A stretch of 64,000 nucleotides of DNA from an uncultured Planctomycetota bacterium (GTDB lineage Bacteria; Planctomycetota; Planctomycetia; Gemmatales; Gemmataceae): NCBI GenBank assembly GCA_963849325.1, contig CAWKHF010000010.1, positions 1 through 64,000 of the forward strand, read 5' to 3'. Positions 10,041-19,558 of the stretch are shown here, one piece after another (position 1 is the stretch's first letter; every line of letters starts with the position of its first letter). The translations under genes and the position numbers were made by a program. The notes beneath the pieces were generated by a model. That model ran no database searches. It was not told where the DNA came from and worked only from the letters and a program-made list of their open reading frames with translations.

Positions 10041-11822
10041 CAGCGAGGTCGCCCTGGTGCGCGACGGCCAACCTGTCGTCTTCGCCGAGGACGAGGATCC
10101 GATCCTGCCCTCATTCGTCGGCCTGTCCGAAGATGGCCGGTTGCTGGTCGGCAAGGCGGCCCGCAATCAATGGGTGCTGGCCCCGGAGCGGACCGTCAAG
10201 TCGATCAAGCGCAAGATGGGCCAGGACGTAAAGGTCCGGCTCGGCGAGCAGGAATATCGGCCGCAGGAAATCTCGGCCATGATCCTCAAGGCGCTGCGCG
10301 ACCGGGCGTCGCGCGAGCTGGGCGCGACGGTGAGCAAGGCGGTCATCACGGTGCCGGCCTACTTCAACGACGCCCAGCGCCAGGCGACGCGCGAGGCGGG
10401 CGAGCTGGCCGGTCTGGAAGTGGTGCGCATCCTCAACGAGCCGACCGCCGCGTCGCTGACCTACGACCCCGCCCAGCGCGAGCTGCGGCGCATGCTCGTC
10501 TACGACCTCGGCGGCGGCACCTTCGACGTGTCCATCGTGCAGGCCCAGGAAGGCGTCGTCGAGGTGCTGGCCAGCCACGGCGACACGCAACTCGGCGGCG
10601 ACGACTTCGACGACCTGCTGCTCAACCTCGTCTGCGATCGCTTCCAGCAGGAACACGGCATCGATCTCCGCGCCAGCCTGGTGACACGCGCGCGCGTCCT
10701 CCGCGCCGTCGAGGCGGCCAAGCGCCATCTCTCCGTATCACCCCTTCGCGCGCCTTGAGGAGGAGTTTCTCGCCGAGAAGGACGGCCAGGCGCTGCACCT
10801 CAACCTGGAGCTGACGCCGCGAGGAGTACGAGACGCTGATCCAACCGCTGCTGGACCGTACCATGGATTGCGTGCAGCGGGCGCTGGACGACGCCAACCT
10901 GATCGCCTCGGCCATCGACAAGGTGGTGCTGGTCGGCGGCAGCACGCGGACGCCGCTGGTCGGCCGGCTGCTGGAGGAACGACTCGGTCAGCCGGCGCAC
11001 CAGGAGGTCAACCCGGATCTGTGCGTGGCGATGGGCGCCGCCATCCAGTCGGCCATCATCGCCGGCGCCGACGTCGGCGCCGTGCTGGTGGACATCACGC
11101 CGCACTCGCTGGGCATCAAGTGCGTGGACAGCCAGCACGGTTTTCCGTTTGAGTACCACTTCGCGCCGATCATCCACCGCAACACGGCCCTGCCCGCCTC
11201 GCGCAGCGAGGTCTTCTACACCTTCCACGACAATCAGACCGAGGTCGAGATCGACGTCTACCAGGGCGAGAACGAGCGACGTCCGCCGCAATCATCGCGT
11301 CGGCCGCTTCATGGTGCAGGGTCTATCGCGCGTGCCGTCCGGCAATCCGCTCGTCGTGCAGCTCGACCTGAACCTCGACGGCATTCTGAAGGTGTCCGCC
11401 CGCGAACGGGCCACAGGGCTGCAAAAGCAGGTGGTCATCGAGAACGCCTTGGCCCGCTTCGAGCGCGAGGAGCGCGACCAGGCCCGCGAACGTCTCGAAC
11501 AGCTGTGGGCGCTGCCGGGCGGCGAGAATGGCTATGAGGAAGACGAGGACGAACTCGGCAACGGGGTGGACGAAGTGGGCGAGGACGAACTGCCGAGCCT
11601 GGCGCCGGGGCCGCGCGAAGGCCAGCGCGAGGCCGTGCAGGCGCGGGCGCTTCTGGAGAAAGCCGAGCGTCTTCTGGAGCGCACGCAGCCGGAGGACCGC
11701 GCCGAGGTCGAGCGTCTCATGACCAAGGTGCGCACCGCCCTGACCGATCGTCAGTGGGACAAGGTGACGGCGGCCTGCAACGAGCTGGCCGACACGCTGT
11801 TTTACCTGGAGGACGTTCTGAG
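9970..11822 (+). CDS. dnaK: Hsp70/DnaK-family chaperone, secondary paralog (indels near 10735, 10815, 11277)
   Basis: IVGIDLGTTNS, AVITVPAYFNDAQRQATREAG, RILNEPTAA, YDLGGGTFDVS, LGGDDFD, VLVGGSTRTP, VDITPHSLGI, DNQTEVEIDVYQGE. Confidence 0.9.
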
Positions 11823-11826
11823 CGTC

Positions 11827-12141
11827 ATGCGCTGTCCGGTGTGCAAGGCCGACAACGTCCAGGGGCCGCAGTGCCGTCGCTGCAAGGCGGACCTCGGACT
11901 GCTGTTCGAGCTGGAGGCGCAGCGGCGACGGGTGCTGACCCAGGCGCGACGCTGTCTGCGGCGCGGCGACGGACTGGCGGCAGCTCGTTACCTTGAGACG
12001 GCGGACTGGCTGCGCGGCGATGAGGAATCGCGGCGTCTGTCGGCGTTGGCTTTTCTTCTGGAACGCGATTTCGCCGGGGCGTGGGCGTCCTATCAGCGTT
12101 GGCGCACGGTGCAAAGGGGAGACGCGAACGGCCCTTCGTAA
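11827..12141 (+). CDS. Zinc-ribbon plus TPR-like small protein
   Basis: MRCPVCKADN...CRRCKADL followed by helical repeats. In frame with the Hsp70 tail as assembled, but probably a separate gene. Confidence 0.65.
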   Translation: MRCPVCKADNVQGPQCRRCKADLGLLFELEAQRRRVLTQARRCLRRGDGLAAARYLETADWLRGDEESRRLSALAFLLERDFAGAWASYQRWRTVQRGDANGPS

Positions 12142-12156
12142 CTCTTCCCCGCTGCA

Positions 12157-12216
12157 GCGAATAACTCGGCGACGGGCACGGGAAAGCGGGGCCAATGCTG
12201 GCAAGCCTCTTGGCGA
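12157..12216 (-). pseudogene. Relic of the 3' end of the Uma2 gene at 12967-13536
   Basis: 12157-12198 matches 12971-13012 at 35/42 nt by hand alignment; it translates HWPRFPVPVAELFA versus HLPGFRVHVAELFA. Confidence 0.75.
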
Positions 12217-12237
12217 AATATCGACGTCAACCGCGTG

Positions 12238-12906
12238 TCACGGAGGGCCGGGAAGCGGCAGTGTCGGCCGCTGCGACATTTGCTGCCGAACCCACGCTCG
12301 GAACTGGCGCACGAGCGCGGCATCATCGGTCTGCCCACACGGAGCGAGGAAGGGAGGCAGGTCCGCGGACGCCAGCTGCGGGAAGGACAGACTGTTGGGC
12401 CGCACGGCGTACGTCCCGGTCTCCAGGATGTGGAAAGCAATTCCTCCGCTGTTCAGACGCCAGACTTCGGGCACGCCCAGGACGGCGTAAATGCTCATTC
12501 GGTCGAGGGAGCTGCTGGTGATATCGACCTCGACGGCCAGATCCGGCGGTGGATCGGTGCGCAGATCCAGACGGCGTTTGCCCCGCAGACGCGGCGCGTT
12601 GGCGATCCAGTAGCAATTGTCAGGCTCCAGACCGCGACTCTTCCGCCGTCGCCGCAAGGTGACGGAACCACCGAGTCGGCAGGGTAAGTTCAACTCCTCA
12701 ATGAGCACGTCAATGAATCGCCCCAACAATCGGCCGTACTCTTCGTGCTCCCAAAGCGGGCTCATGATTTCCAGCGTTCCTCGATCGTAGGTGAGGCGAA
12801 ATCCCCGCCGCGACGCAAAGGCACGCAGAAGGCGGCCATAGAGACGCCAATCGATGTCGCGCAGCACGGCCAACCGAGGGCCAGCCATCGGAGCAGCCGT
12901 GGACAT
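12238..12906 (-). CDS. Uma2-family (DUF820) PD-(D/E)xK endonuclease-like protein
   Basis: RLTYDRGTLEIMSP, GLEPDNCYWI, PPPDLAVEVDITSSS, YAVLGVPEVWR. Confidence 0.92.
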   Translation of the reverse strand: MSTAAPMAGPRLAVLRDIDWRLYGRLLRAFASRRGFRLTYDRGTLEIMSPLWEHEEYGRLLGRFIDVLIEELNLPCRLGGSVTLRRRRKSRGLEPDNCYWIANAPRLRGKRRLDLRTDPPPDLAVEVDITSSSLDRMSIYAVLGVPEVWRLNSGGIAFHILETGTYAVRPNSLSFPQLASADLPPFLAPCGQTDDAALVRQFRAWVRQQMSQRPTLPLPGPP

Positions 12907-12966
12907 GAGACCTATCTCCGTTCTCGTTCGGGCGGTGGAATGCGGGTGCGACAGGATCAGGCCGGC

Positions 12967-13536
12967 TCAGGCGAACAACTCGGCGACGTGTACGCGGAAG
13001 CCGGGCAAATGCGGTTCGCCGGACAACTCCTGGCGGACGTTGACCGACTCCGGTTCCTGATCGGGACGGTAGATGGTCACCGTGCGGTCGTGCGGATCGA
13101 CGATCCAAACCAGGGGCACGCCGGCCTCCCGATACTGGTCGATTTTCTCGTCGATTTCCTCCACGGTATTGCTGGGCGACAGGATCTCCACCGCCAGCAC
13201 AGGCACTCCGTCGATCAACGTGGTATCGTCGGGCTGTTGCGCCGCCACTTCGGCGGAGACGTACAACACGTCGATGCCAACGGTGGTATCCGGATCGCGC
13301 GTCAAGCGCACGCCCGCCTCGCCACCCAAGACGGACCCGCGCGGCAGGGGCTGCTGGTCCAACCAGGCATCCAGAACGTGTCCGACTCGAATCATGGCCC
13401 GGCTGTGCCAGCGATTGCGATAGGTCATCGGCTTCTCCCGCAACTGACCGCGGATCAGCCAGCGCTCGACGCCGTCGTCGGGCAGGGCCAGCAGCTGCTC
13501 TGTTGTCATTAGGCTTGTCGCTTGCGTCGCGGTCAT
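12967..13536 (-). CDS. Uma2-family endonuclease-like protein
   Basis: MTTEQLLALPDDG, GVPVLAVEILSPS, KIDQYREAGVPLVWIVDP, LPGFRVHVAELF. Confidence 0.92.
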   Translation of the reverse strand: MTATQATSLMTTEQLLALPDDGVERWLIRGQLREKPMTYRNRWHSRAMIRVGHVLDAWLDQQPLPRGSVLGGEAGVRLTRDPDTTVGIDVLYVSAEVAAQQPDDTTLIDGVPVLAVEILSPSNTVEEIDEKIDQYREAGVPLVWIVDPHDRTVTIYRPDQEPESVNVRQELSGEPHLPGFRVHVAELFA

Positions 13537-13549
13537 GTTTAACCTCCCT

Positions 13550-13942
13550 TCAATCGAACAGACCCAGTTGCAGCCGTGCTTCCTCGGACATGCGGCTCAT
13601 CTCCCACGGTGGCTCCCAGACGAGTTCGACCTTGGCGGACGTGACACCGGGTACGGCCTGCACCTTGTTCTGCACGTCGGCGGGCAGGGCGCCGGCGACG
13701 GGACAGGCGGGACTGGTCAGCGTCATGCGGATGGCCACGGCCCCCGAGGGATCGATGTGCAGATCGTAGATCAGCCCCAGTTCGTAGATATTGACCGGAA
13801 TCTCAGGGTCATAGCAGCTGCGCAGAGCGGCGAGGACGCGCTCTTCGAGACTGGCGTCCGCATCGGCGGAGGGGACAGGCGGCGGTGAGGACTGGTCACC
13901 CTCCAGGGGCAGGGAGAGGCGCTGACGGGGTTGGTCGTCCAT
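13550..13942 (-). CDS. sufT: DUF59 Fe-S cluster assembly protein (SufT/PaaD-like)
   Basis: DPEIPVNIYELGLIY, MTLTSPACPVA, VWEPPW, MSEEARLQLG; last gene of the suf operon. Confidence 0.88.
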   Translation of the reverse strand: MDDQPRQRLSLPLEGDQSSPPPVPSADADASLEERVLAALRSCYDPEIPVNIYELGLIYDLHIDPSGAVAIRMTLTSPACPVAGALPADVQNKVQAVPGVTSAKVELVWEPPWEMSRMSEEARLQLGLFD

Positions 13943-13954
13943 CGTGGGGGTCTC

Positions 13955-15724
13955 TCATTCCTTGCGGCCGGAGAGCGTGGCCGCGAACTGACGGATGCGC
14001 TGAACCATCGCGGCCAGGCCGTTGCGGCGGCCGAGCGTCAGATGCTGGTCCAGCCCGAGGCGCGCGAAGAAACCCTCGATGTCGAACTCCAGGATGTCTT
14101 CGGCCCTCTGGCCGGAGTAGAGGCGCTGCAACACGGCGATCAGGCCGCGCACGAGGTCGGCGTCGCTGTCGGCCAGGAACTCGACCACGTCGGTGCTGCC
14201 CGGACGCTTCCGCGCCGACAGGAACACCGTGCTCTGGCAGCCGCGGACACGATTGGCCTCGGTGCGGAATACGTCGGGCAACGCCGGCACCTCCTCGCCG
14301 CGATCGAGCAGGTACTGATAGCGCTCGACCCAATCGTCGAACAATTCGAATTCCTCGGCCAGTTCGTCGGCGGCGGCTTGCGGACTGTCGGCGGCGGCGC
14401 GCGGGTAGGCCGGTTCGGCGACCCTTGCGGACGCCGTGGGTTGGTGTTTCGAGGCGGCGCCGGCGAGGATGTCGCGCAGCGCATCGATGAAGCAATCGAC
14501 CTCCGCCATCGTGTTGTACATCGCAAACGAGGTGCGCGTCGTGCCGGGGATGTCGAAGCGGTCCATCACCGGCTGGCAGCAGTGATGCCCGGTGCGGACG
14601 GCGATGCCTTCCAGGTCGAGCTTGGTGCCGATGTCCAGCGACGCCATCGGCGGCTCCTCGATCACGAACGAGATCACGGCCGTCTTGTGCGGGGCGTTGC
14701 CGATCAGGCGCACGCCGGGCAGTTGCTGCATCTTTTCGGTGGCGTAACGCAGCAGCGCCTCCTCGTGGGCCGCGATCCGCTCCAGGCCGACCGACTGGAC
14801 GTAATCGAGGGCGGCGCCCAGGCCGACGGCGCCGGCGATGTGCGGCGTGCCGGCCTCGAACTTGCTCGGCAGGTCGGCATACGTCGTCTTGGCGAACGTG
14901 ACCGATTTGATCATGTCGCCGCCGCTCTGGTACGGCGGCATGCGCTCGAGCAGATGCGCCTTGCCGTACAGCGCGCCGATGCCGGTCGGGCCGTAAATCT
15001 TGTGACCGGACAGGACGAAGAAATCGCAGTCCAGCTCGCGCACGTCAATGGGCAAGTGCGGCGCCGATTGGGCGCCGTCGAGCAGCACCAGCGCGCCGCG
15101 GGCATGCGCCAACTCGATGACGCGCCGAACCGGGACGATCGTGCCCAGCGAGTTGGACACGTGGACCACCGACACCAACCGGGTGCGATCGGAGAGTAGC
15201 TTTTCATACTCGTCGAGGAGGAATTCGCCATCGTCGCTGATGGGCACGACGCGCAGCACGGCCCCGGTCTGCTCGCAGAGCATCTGCCAGGGCACGATGT
15301 TGGAGTGATGCTCCATCGTCGAGACGACGATCTCGTCGCCGGCGCGGAGGTTGGGCCGGCCCCAGCTGTGGGCGACGAGGTTGATGCCCTCGGTGGCGCC
15401 GCGGACGAAGACGACCTCGCGAGCTTCGGCGGCGCCGAGAAAGGCGCGGACTTTCTGCCGCGCCTCCTCGTAGGCGCGGGTGGCGCGTTCGCCGAGCAGG
15501 TGAACGGCGCGGTGGATGTTGGCGTTGTCGTGGCTGTAGTAGTGCTGCAAGGCGTCGAGCACCGCCCGCGGCTTCTGCGTGGTGGCGGCGTTGTCCAGGT
15601 ACACCAGCGCTTGACCGTGGACCTCGCGGCGGAGAATGGGGAAGTCTTCGCGGACGTGCATCACGTCGAAGCCTCCAGATGGAACGGAGCGTCGCGGGGC
15701 CACGGGGGTCGGATGAATGCTCAT
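13955..15724 (-). CDS. sufS: Cysteine desulfurase SufS fused to SufE
   Basis: YLDNAATTQKP, EHHSNIVPWQ, SGHKIYGPTGIG, RTGHHCCQP, then SufE domain DWVERYQYLLDRG...VRGCQSTV...ADSDADLVRGL...RRNGLAAM in one uninterrupted ORF. ATG at 15724 overlaps the sufD stop. Confidence 0.93.
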   Translation of the reverse strand: MSIHPTPVAPRRSVPSGGFDVMHVREDFPILRREVHGQALVYLDNAATTQKPRAVLDALQHYYSHDNANIHRAVHLLGERATRAYEEARQKVRAFLGAAEAREVVFVRGATEGINLVAHSWGRPNLRAGDEIVVSTMEHHSNIVPWQMLCEQTGAVLRVVPISDDGEFLLDEYEKLLSDRTRLVSVVHVSNSLGTIVPVRRVIELAHARGALVLLDGAQSAPHLPIDVRELDCDFFVLSGHKIYGPTGIGALYGKAHLLERMPPYQSGGDMIKSVTFAKTTYADLPSKFEAGTPHIAGAVGLGAALDYVQSVGLERIAAHEEALLRYATEKMQQLPGVRLIGNAPHKTAVISFVIEEPPMASLDIGTKLDLEGIAVRTGHHCCQPVMDRFDIPGTTRTSFAMYNTMAEVDCFIDALRDILAGAASKHQPTASARVAEPAYPRAAADSPQAAADELAEEFELFDDWVERYQYLLDRGEEVPALPDVFRTEANRVRGCQSTVFLSARKRPGSTDVVEFLADSDADLVRGLIAVLQRLYSGQRAEDILEFDIEGFFARLGLDQHLTLGRRNGLAAMVQRIRQFAATLSGRKE

Positions 15725-16989
15725 GCGTCCTCCTCGCCGGACTCGGCCGACGGCAGATGATGCGCCTCCAGCAAGCTCCGCTCCAACTCCTGGCGCACCT
15801 TCGCCACCTGGATGCGGCTGACGATGTCGTTGGCGAAGGCGTAGGTCAGCAGGCTGCGCCTCGGCCAGGCCGACGCCGCGCGCCGCAGGTAAAAGAGCGA
15901 CTCGGCGTCGAGTTGGCCGACCGTGGCGCCGTGCGTGCATTTGACGTCGTCGGCGTAGATCTCCAGCTGCGGCTTGGTGTTGATGGTGGCGTCGTCGGAC
16001 AATAGCAGCGTCTGATTGGTCTGCTTGGCGTCGGTCTTCTGGGCGTCCTGGCGGACGTAGATTTTGCCGTTGAACACGCCGCGCGCCTTGCCGTCGAGGA
16101 TGCCCTTGTACAGCTCATGGCTGGCACAATGAGGATAAGCGTGATCGATAAAGGTGTGGTTATCGACCAATTGTTGTCCGCCGGCTTGATACAGACCGTT
16201 GAGCGTGCATTCGCCGCCTTCGCCGTCGAAGACGGCGTTGATCTCGTTGCGGACCCATTGTCCGCCCCGCGTGACGGCGTGCGACGAGAAATGGGCGGCG
16301 CGGCCGAGTTGCACCTGCATGGTCGCCTGGTGGAACGCCCGATCGCCTTCGCGCTGCACCTTGTAATGATCGACGACGGCACCAGCGCCGACGACGATTT
16401 CCGTCACGGCATTGGTGAGGTACGGATGTCCCAATGGACCACTATAGCTTTCGACCAACGTCACCTGACTCTTCTCACCCACGACAACAAGGCAGCGGCG
16501 ATGCCAAGCGTGGGGCACTGCCGCAGTGCCAGCGTGGAAATCGAGAAGGATCGGTTCCTCAATCACCGCGCCCGGCGGGAGGTACACGAAGACGCCGTTG
16601 CGGAGAAAGGCCGTATTGAGGGCGGTGAAGGGGTGTTTCTTCCAGTCGGCATGGCGCGCCAGGTGCGGTTCGACGAGGGCGGCATGCTTTTGCATGGCCT
16701 CGGCCAAATCGCAGACGAGGACGCCCTGGGGCCGTTTCGGAGCGTGGAACGAGTACGAGACGGCCGCCGGATCCAGCGGCGCCGGCTCGAACGGCACCTG
16801 CGCCAACGGGGCGACCGGAGTGAAGCGCCATTCCTCGTCGCGCGGGCCGGGGAAACCCAACTCGACAAAGCGCGCGGCGGCGGCCTTGCGCAGTCGATGC
16901 ACAGCCGGCGTGCCGGCGGCGGACAACTCGCGCTCCAGCCGCTCGAAGGCGGCGAGATAGGTGTTCTGTCGTTCGATCACTTCCGTCAC
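15721..16989 (-). CDS. sufD: Fe-S cluster assembly protein SufD
   Basis: DEEWRFT, FTALNTAF, YKGILDG, FNGKIYV, AQKTDA, TKPQLEIYADDVKCTHGATVG. Short garbled stretch near 15860-15885 suggests compensating indels. Confidence 0.93.
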   Translation of the reverse strand: MTEVIERQNTYLAAFERLERELSAAGTPAVHRLRKAAAARFVELGFPGPRDEEWRFTPVAPLAQVPFEPAPLDPAAVSYSFHAPKRPQGVLVCDLAEAMQKHAALVEPHLARHADWKKHPFTALNTAFLRNGVFVYLPPGAVIEEPILLDFHAGTAAVPHAWHRRCLVVVGEKSQVTLVESYSGPLGHPYLTNAVTEIVVGAGAVVDHYKVQREGDRAFHQATMQVQLGRAAHFSSHAVTRGGQWVRNEINAVFDGEGGECTLNGLYQAGGQQLVDNHTFIDHAYPHCASHELYKGILDGKARGVFNGKIYVRQDAQKTDAKQTNQTLLLSDDATINTKPQLEIYADDVKCTHGATVGQLDAESLFYLRRAASAWPRRSLLTYAFANDIVSRIQVAKVRQELERSLLEAHHLPSAESGEEDA

Positions 16990-17006
16990 GGCTGCTTCCT
17001 CGCTGC

Positions 17007-17771
<765 letters not shown>

Positions 17772-17808
17772 TATTCCTTCTCTTGCAGTTACCTCACTTA
17801 CTTCCCGA

Positions 17809-18060
17809 TCAGATGCGCTCCACCCAAACAATCGTTACGAGGCGGTCGTCCGGGCTGACGGTGAAGGTCATAGCCAGCGGCCGATCAATGAGAACGCGCC
17901 GACCATTCTTCGCCCGCCCTTTTTGGTCGGCATCTCGCAAGAGGCTTTGCTCCATTCGATTCGCCGCATCGGCAACCGCCTGACGATCCAAAGCCTGATT
18001 CCAGAGGTTAGCCAACTCATCCTCCGCGTCCGGGATCCAATTGACGGTATACCTCATCAA
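17809..18060 (-). CDS. RelE/ParE-superfamily toxin-like protein (cassette C)
   Basis: MRYTVNWIPDAEDELANLW N-terminus, 83 aa, 4-nt overlap with the upstream small gene. Confidence 0.65.
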   Translation of the reverse strand: MMRYTVNWIPDAEDELANLWNQALDRQAVADAANRMEQSLLRDADQKGRAKNGRRVLIDRPLAMTFTVSPDDRLVTIVWVERI

Positions 18061-18314
18061 GGCGTCTCCCGGGACCGAAGGCGCCGCATGATTTCCTCTA
18101 GCGACACGCCCTTTCCCGCTTGCGCCTTTAGACGACGTTCCACTTCCAAGGGATCGAATAACTTCTCGGCCTTTTCGTACAGCGCCAGTTCTTCCGCTGA
18201 GACCAACGGGGTGAAGTGTCCCAATACCTTACCGTTGACATCGCGGAGTTCCACAGTCTCCAGGACGCCCCGCAGGTGGTCGCAAAATTCCGCATCGATG
18301 GTCAAGTAGTTCAT
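18057..18314 (-). CDS. Putative antitoxin (cassette C)
   Basis: MNYLTID...VELRDVNGKVLGHFTP...GVSLEEIMRRL; GGAGAGG RBS; paralog of the next two antitoxins. Confidence 0.65.
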   Translation of the reverse strand: MNYLTIDAEFCDHLRGVLETVELRDVNGKVLGHFTPLVSAEELALYEKAEKLFDPLEVERRLKAQAGKGVSLEEIMRRLRSRETP

Positions 18315-18358
18315 GGTCCTCTCCAGGATCGGACTTATCGGGCGTTCACCTTCCCGCT

Positions 18359-18414
18359 GCCGCGCGGCGTTTCCTTGTGGTCTACTCGGGTGTGCGGTTA
18401 TTGATTTCGAGCAT
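18359..18414 (-). pseudogene. Relic of the sufC 5' end
   Basis: 45/57 nt match to 17715-17771 with one gap; reads MLEINN-HTRVDHKETPRG versus SufC MLTINNLHARVDDKEILRG. Confidence 0.85.
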
Positions 18415-18435
18415 CGCGTTGATCTCAACATTTCG

Positions 18436-18687
18436 TCAGTTCATTCGCCGAACTTGCATGATCCGCACCATGCAATCCCCCGGATCAACGTGAAAGAGGT
18501 ATTCCAGAGGATCGTCTCGGTACGTGCGAAAGATACCGCGCGGGTTCCCCTTCGTGTGGGCATCATTCGCTAACGCGCTTTCGATCCGGTTCGAGGCATC
18601 GGCAACCGCTTGTTGATCCGTAGCTCTATTCCAGATGTGCGCCAGTTGGTTTACCGCGGTCTTATTCATGACGACCGTGTATTTCAT
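18436..18687 (-). CDS. RelE/ParE-superfamily toxin-like protein (cassette B)
   Basis: MKYTVVMNKTAVNQLAHIWN...DQQAVADASNRIESAL; ATGA overlap with its antitoxin. Confidence 0.65.
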   Translation of the reverse strand: MKYTVVMNKTAVNQLAHIWNRATDQQAVADASNRIESALANDAHTKGNPRGIFRTYRDDPLEYLFHVDPGDCMVRIMQVRRMN

Positions 18688-18941
18688 CCCTGAATCGCGC
18701 CAGCGCGGATTTGCTTCCAAGCTTCCGCAAGGCTAAGACCCTGGTCACGCTCTTCAGCCAAGGTTCGCTCTGCTTCGGCCAGGTCGAAGTGCTTCGCAGC
18801 ACGTTCGCTCTTGTCGATTTCGTCCGCGAACACGGGCGTAAACCGACCTATCACCTTGCCATTGACATCCCGGATCTCGGCTGGCTCCATTATGCCAGCC
18901 AGTCGTTCCAGCAGTTCTTGATCCACGGTCAGATAGTTCAT
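18684..18941 (-). CDS. Putative antitoxin (cassette B)
   Basis: MNYLTVD...AEIRDVNGKVIGRFTP...GLSLAEAWKQI; acidic, 85 aa. Confidence 0.65.
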   Translation of the reverse strand: MNYLTVDQELLERLAGIMEPAEIRDVNGKVIGRFTPVFADEIDKSERAAKHFDLAEAERTLAEERDQGLSLAEAWKQIRAGAIQG

Positions 18942-18953
18942 GGCTATTCCCCG

Positions 18954-19027
18954 TTATCCCACGCTGCCTTCCAAACTCACCCCGAGCAGCTTCTGCGCCT
19001 CGACGGCGAATTCCATCGGCGGATTCA
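18954..19027 (-). pseudogene. Displaced duplicate of the sufB 3' end
   Basis: 66/74 nt identical to 19559-19632; encodes the identical [25 protein letters not shown]. Confidence 0.95.
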
Positions 19028-19279
19028 GGACTTCACCCGATAGACCTGCAAGATCCTCGCCAGGCAATCAGCCGGAAGTACCTCGAATGCCACAACCAAA
19101 GGCGGTGCTCGAAAAAAGTAGATCCCTCCAAACGAGCGGCCTTTGCGATCGGGATCGATACCTAATTCCCGGTCGATGAGGTTAGCTGCATCCGTGACCG
19201 CCTGACGATCCAAGGGCTGATTATAGATGCGCGCCAGTTCATTGCGCGCGGCGGGCAGCCACGTCACGGTATATTTCAT
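19025..19279 (-). CDS. RelE/ParE-superfamily toxin-like protein (cassette A)
   Basis: MKYTVTWLPAARNELARIYN...DRQAVTDAANLIDREL; ATGA overlap. Confidence 0.65.
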   Translation of the reverse strand: MKYTVTWLPAARNELARIYNQPLDRQAVTDAANLIDRELGIDPDRKGRSFGGIYFFRAPPLVVAFEVLPADCLARILQVYRVKS

Positions 19280-19530
19280 CCGGGATGCTCCAACGCACGG
19301 AGATAATTCAATACTTCTTCCGTCGTATGTCCCCGTTCTTTGGATGCCGCACGACGTTTCAATTCCTCCAGATCGAACTGCGCGATGTCCTGCTGATAGA
19401 GCATGTCTTCGGCTCGGCCTGCGGGCGTAAAGTAGCCCAAGAGGTTACCCTCTTCATCGCGGATTTCCGCTGCCTCCTTGATGGGGGTCAAGAAAGCCTG
19501 GACAACATCATTCGCAGTCAGAATGGTCAT
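19276..19530 (-). CDS. Putative antitoxin (cassette A)
   Basis: AEIRDEEGNLLGYFTP...GHTTEEVLNYL; 84 aa, acidic. Confidence 0.65.
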   Translation of the reverse strand: MTILTANDVVQAFLTPIKEAAEIRDEEGNLLGYFTPAGRAEDMLYQQDIAQFDLEELKRRAASKERGHTTEEVLNYLRALEHPG

Positions 19531-19558
19531 GGCGCCGCTCCCCTTCCACCCCTTGCAG

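Noticed and set aside
11149-12141. DnaK fused to a zinc-ribbon domain
   Set aside because: An out-of-frame TGA (gacgttctgagcgtcatg) sits just before the MRCPVC start, so a single indel would give two genes. The fusion is unsupported given the error rate.
13931-15199. Long antisense ORFs (also 19748-21040, 48056-49555, 4977-6176)
   Set aside because: Shadow ORFs opposite well-supported genes, expected in high-GC DNA.
17809-19530. Integron cassette array
   Set aside because: No intI gene and no recognisable attC structure; the cassette boundaries are host-gene duplicates instead.
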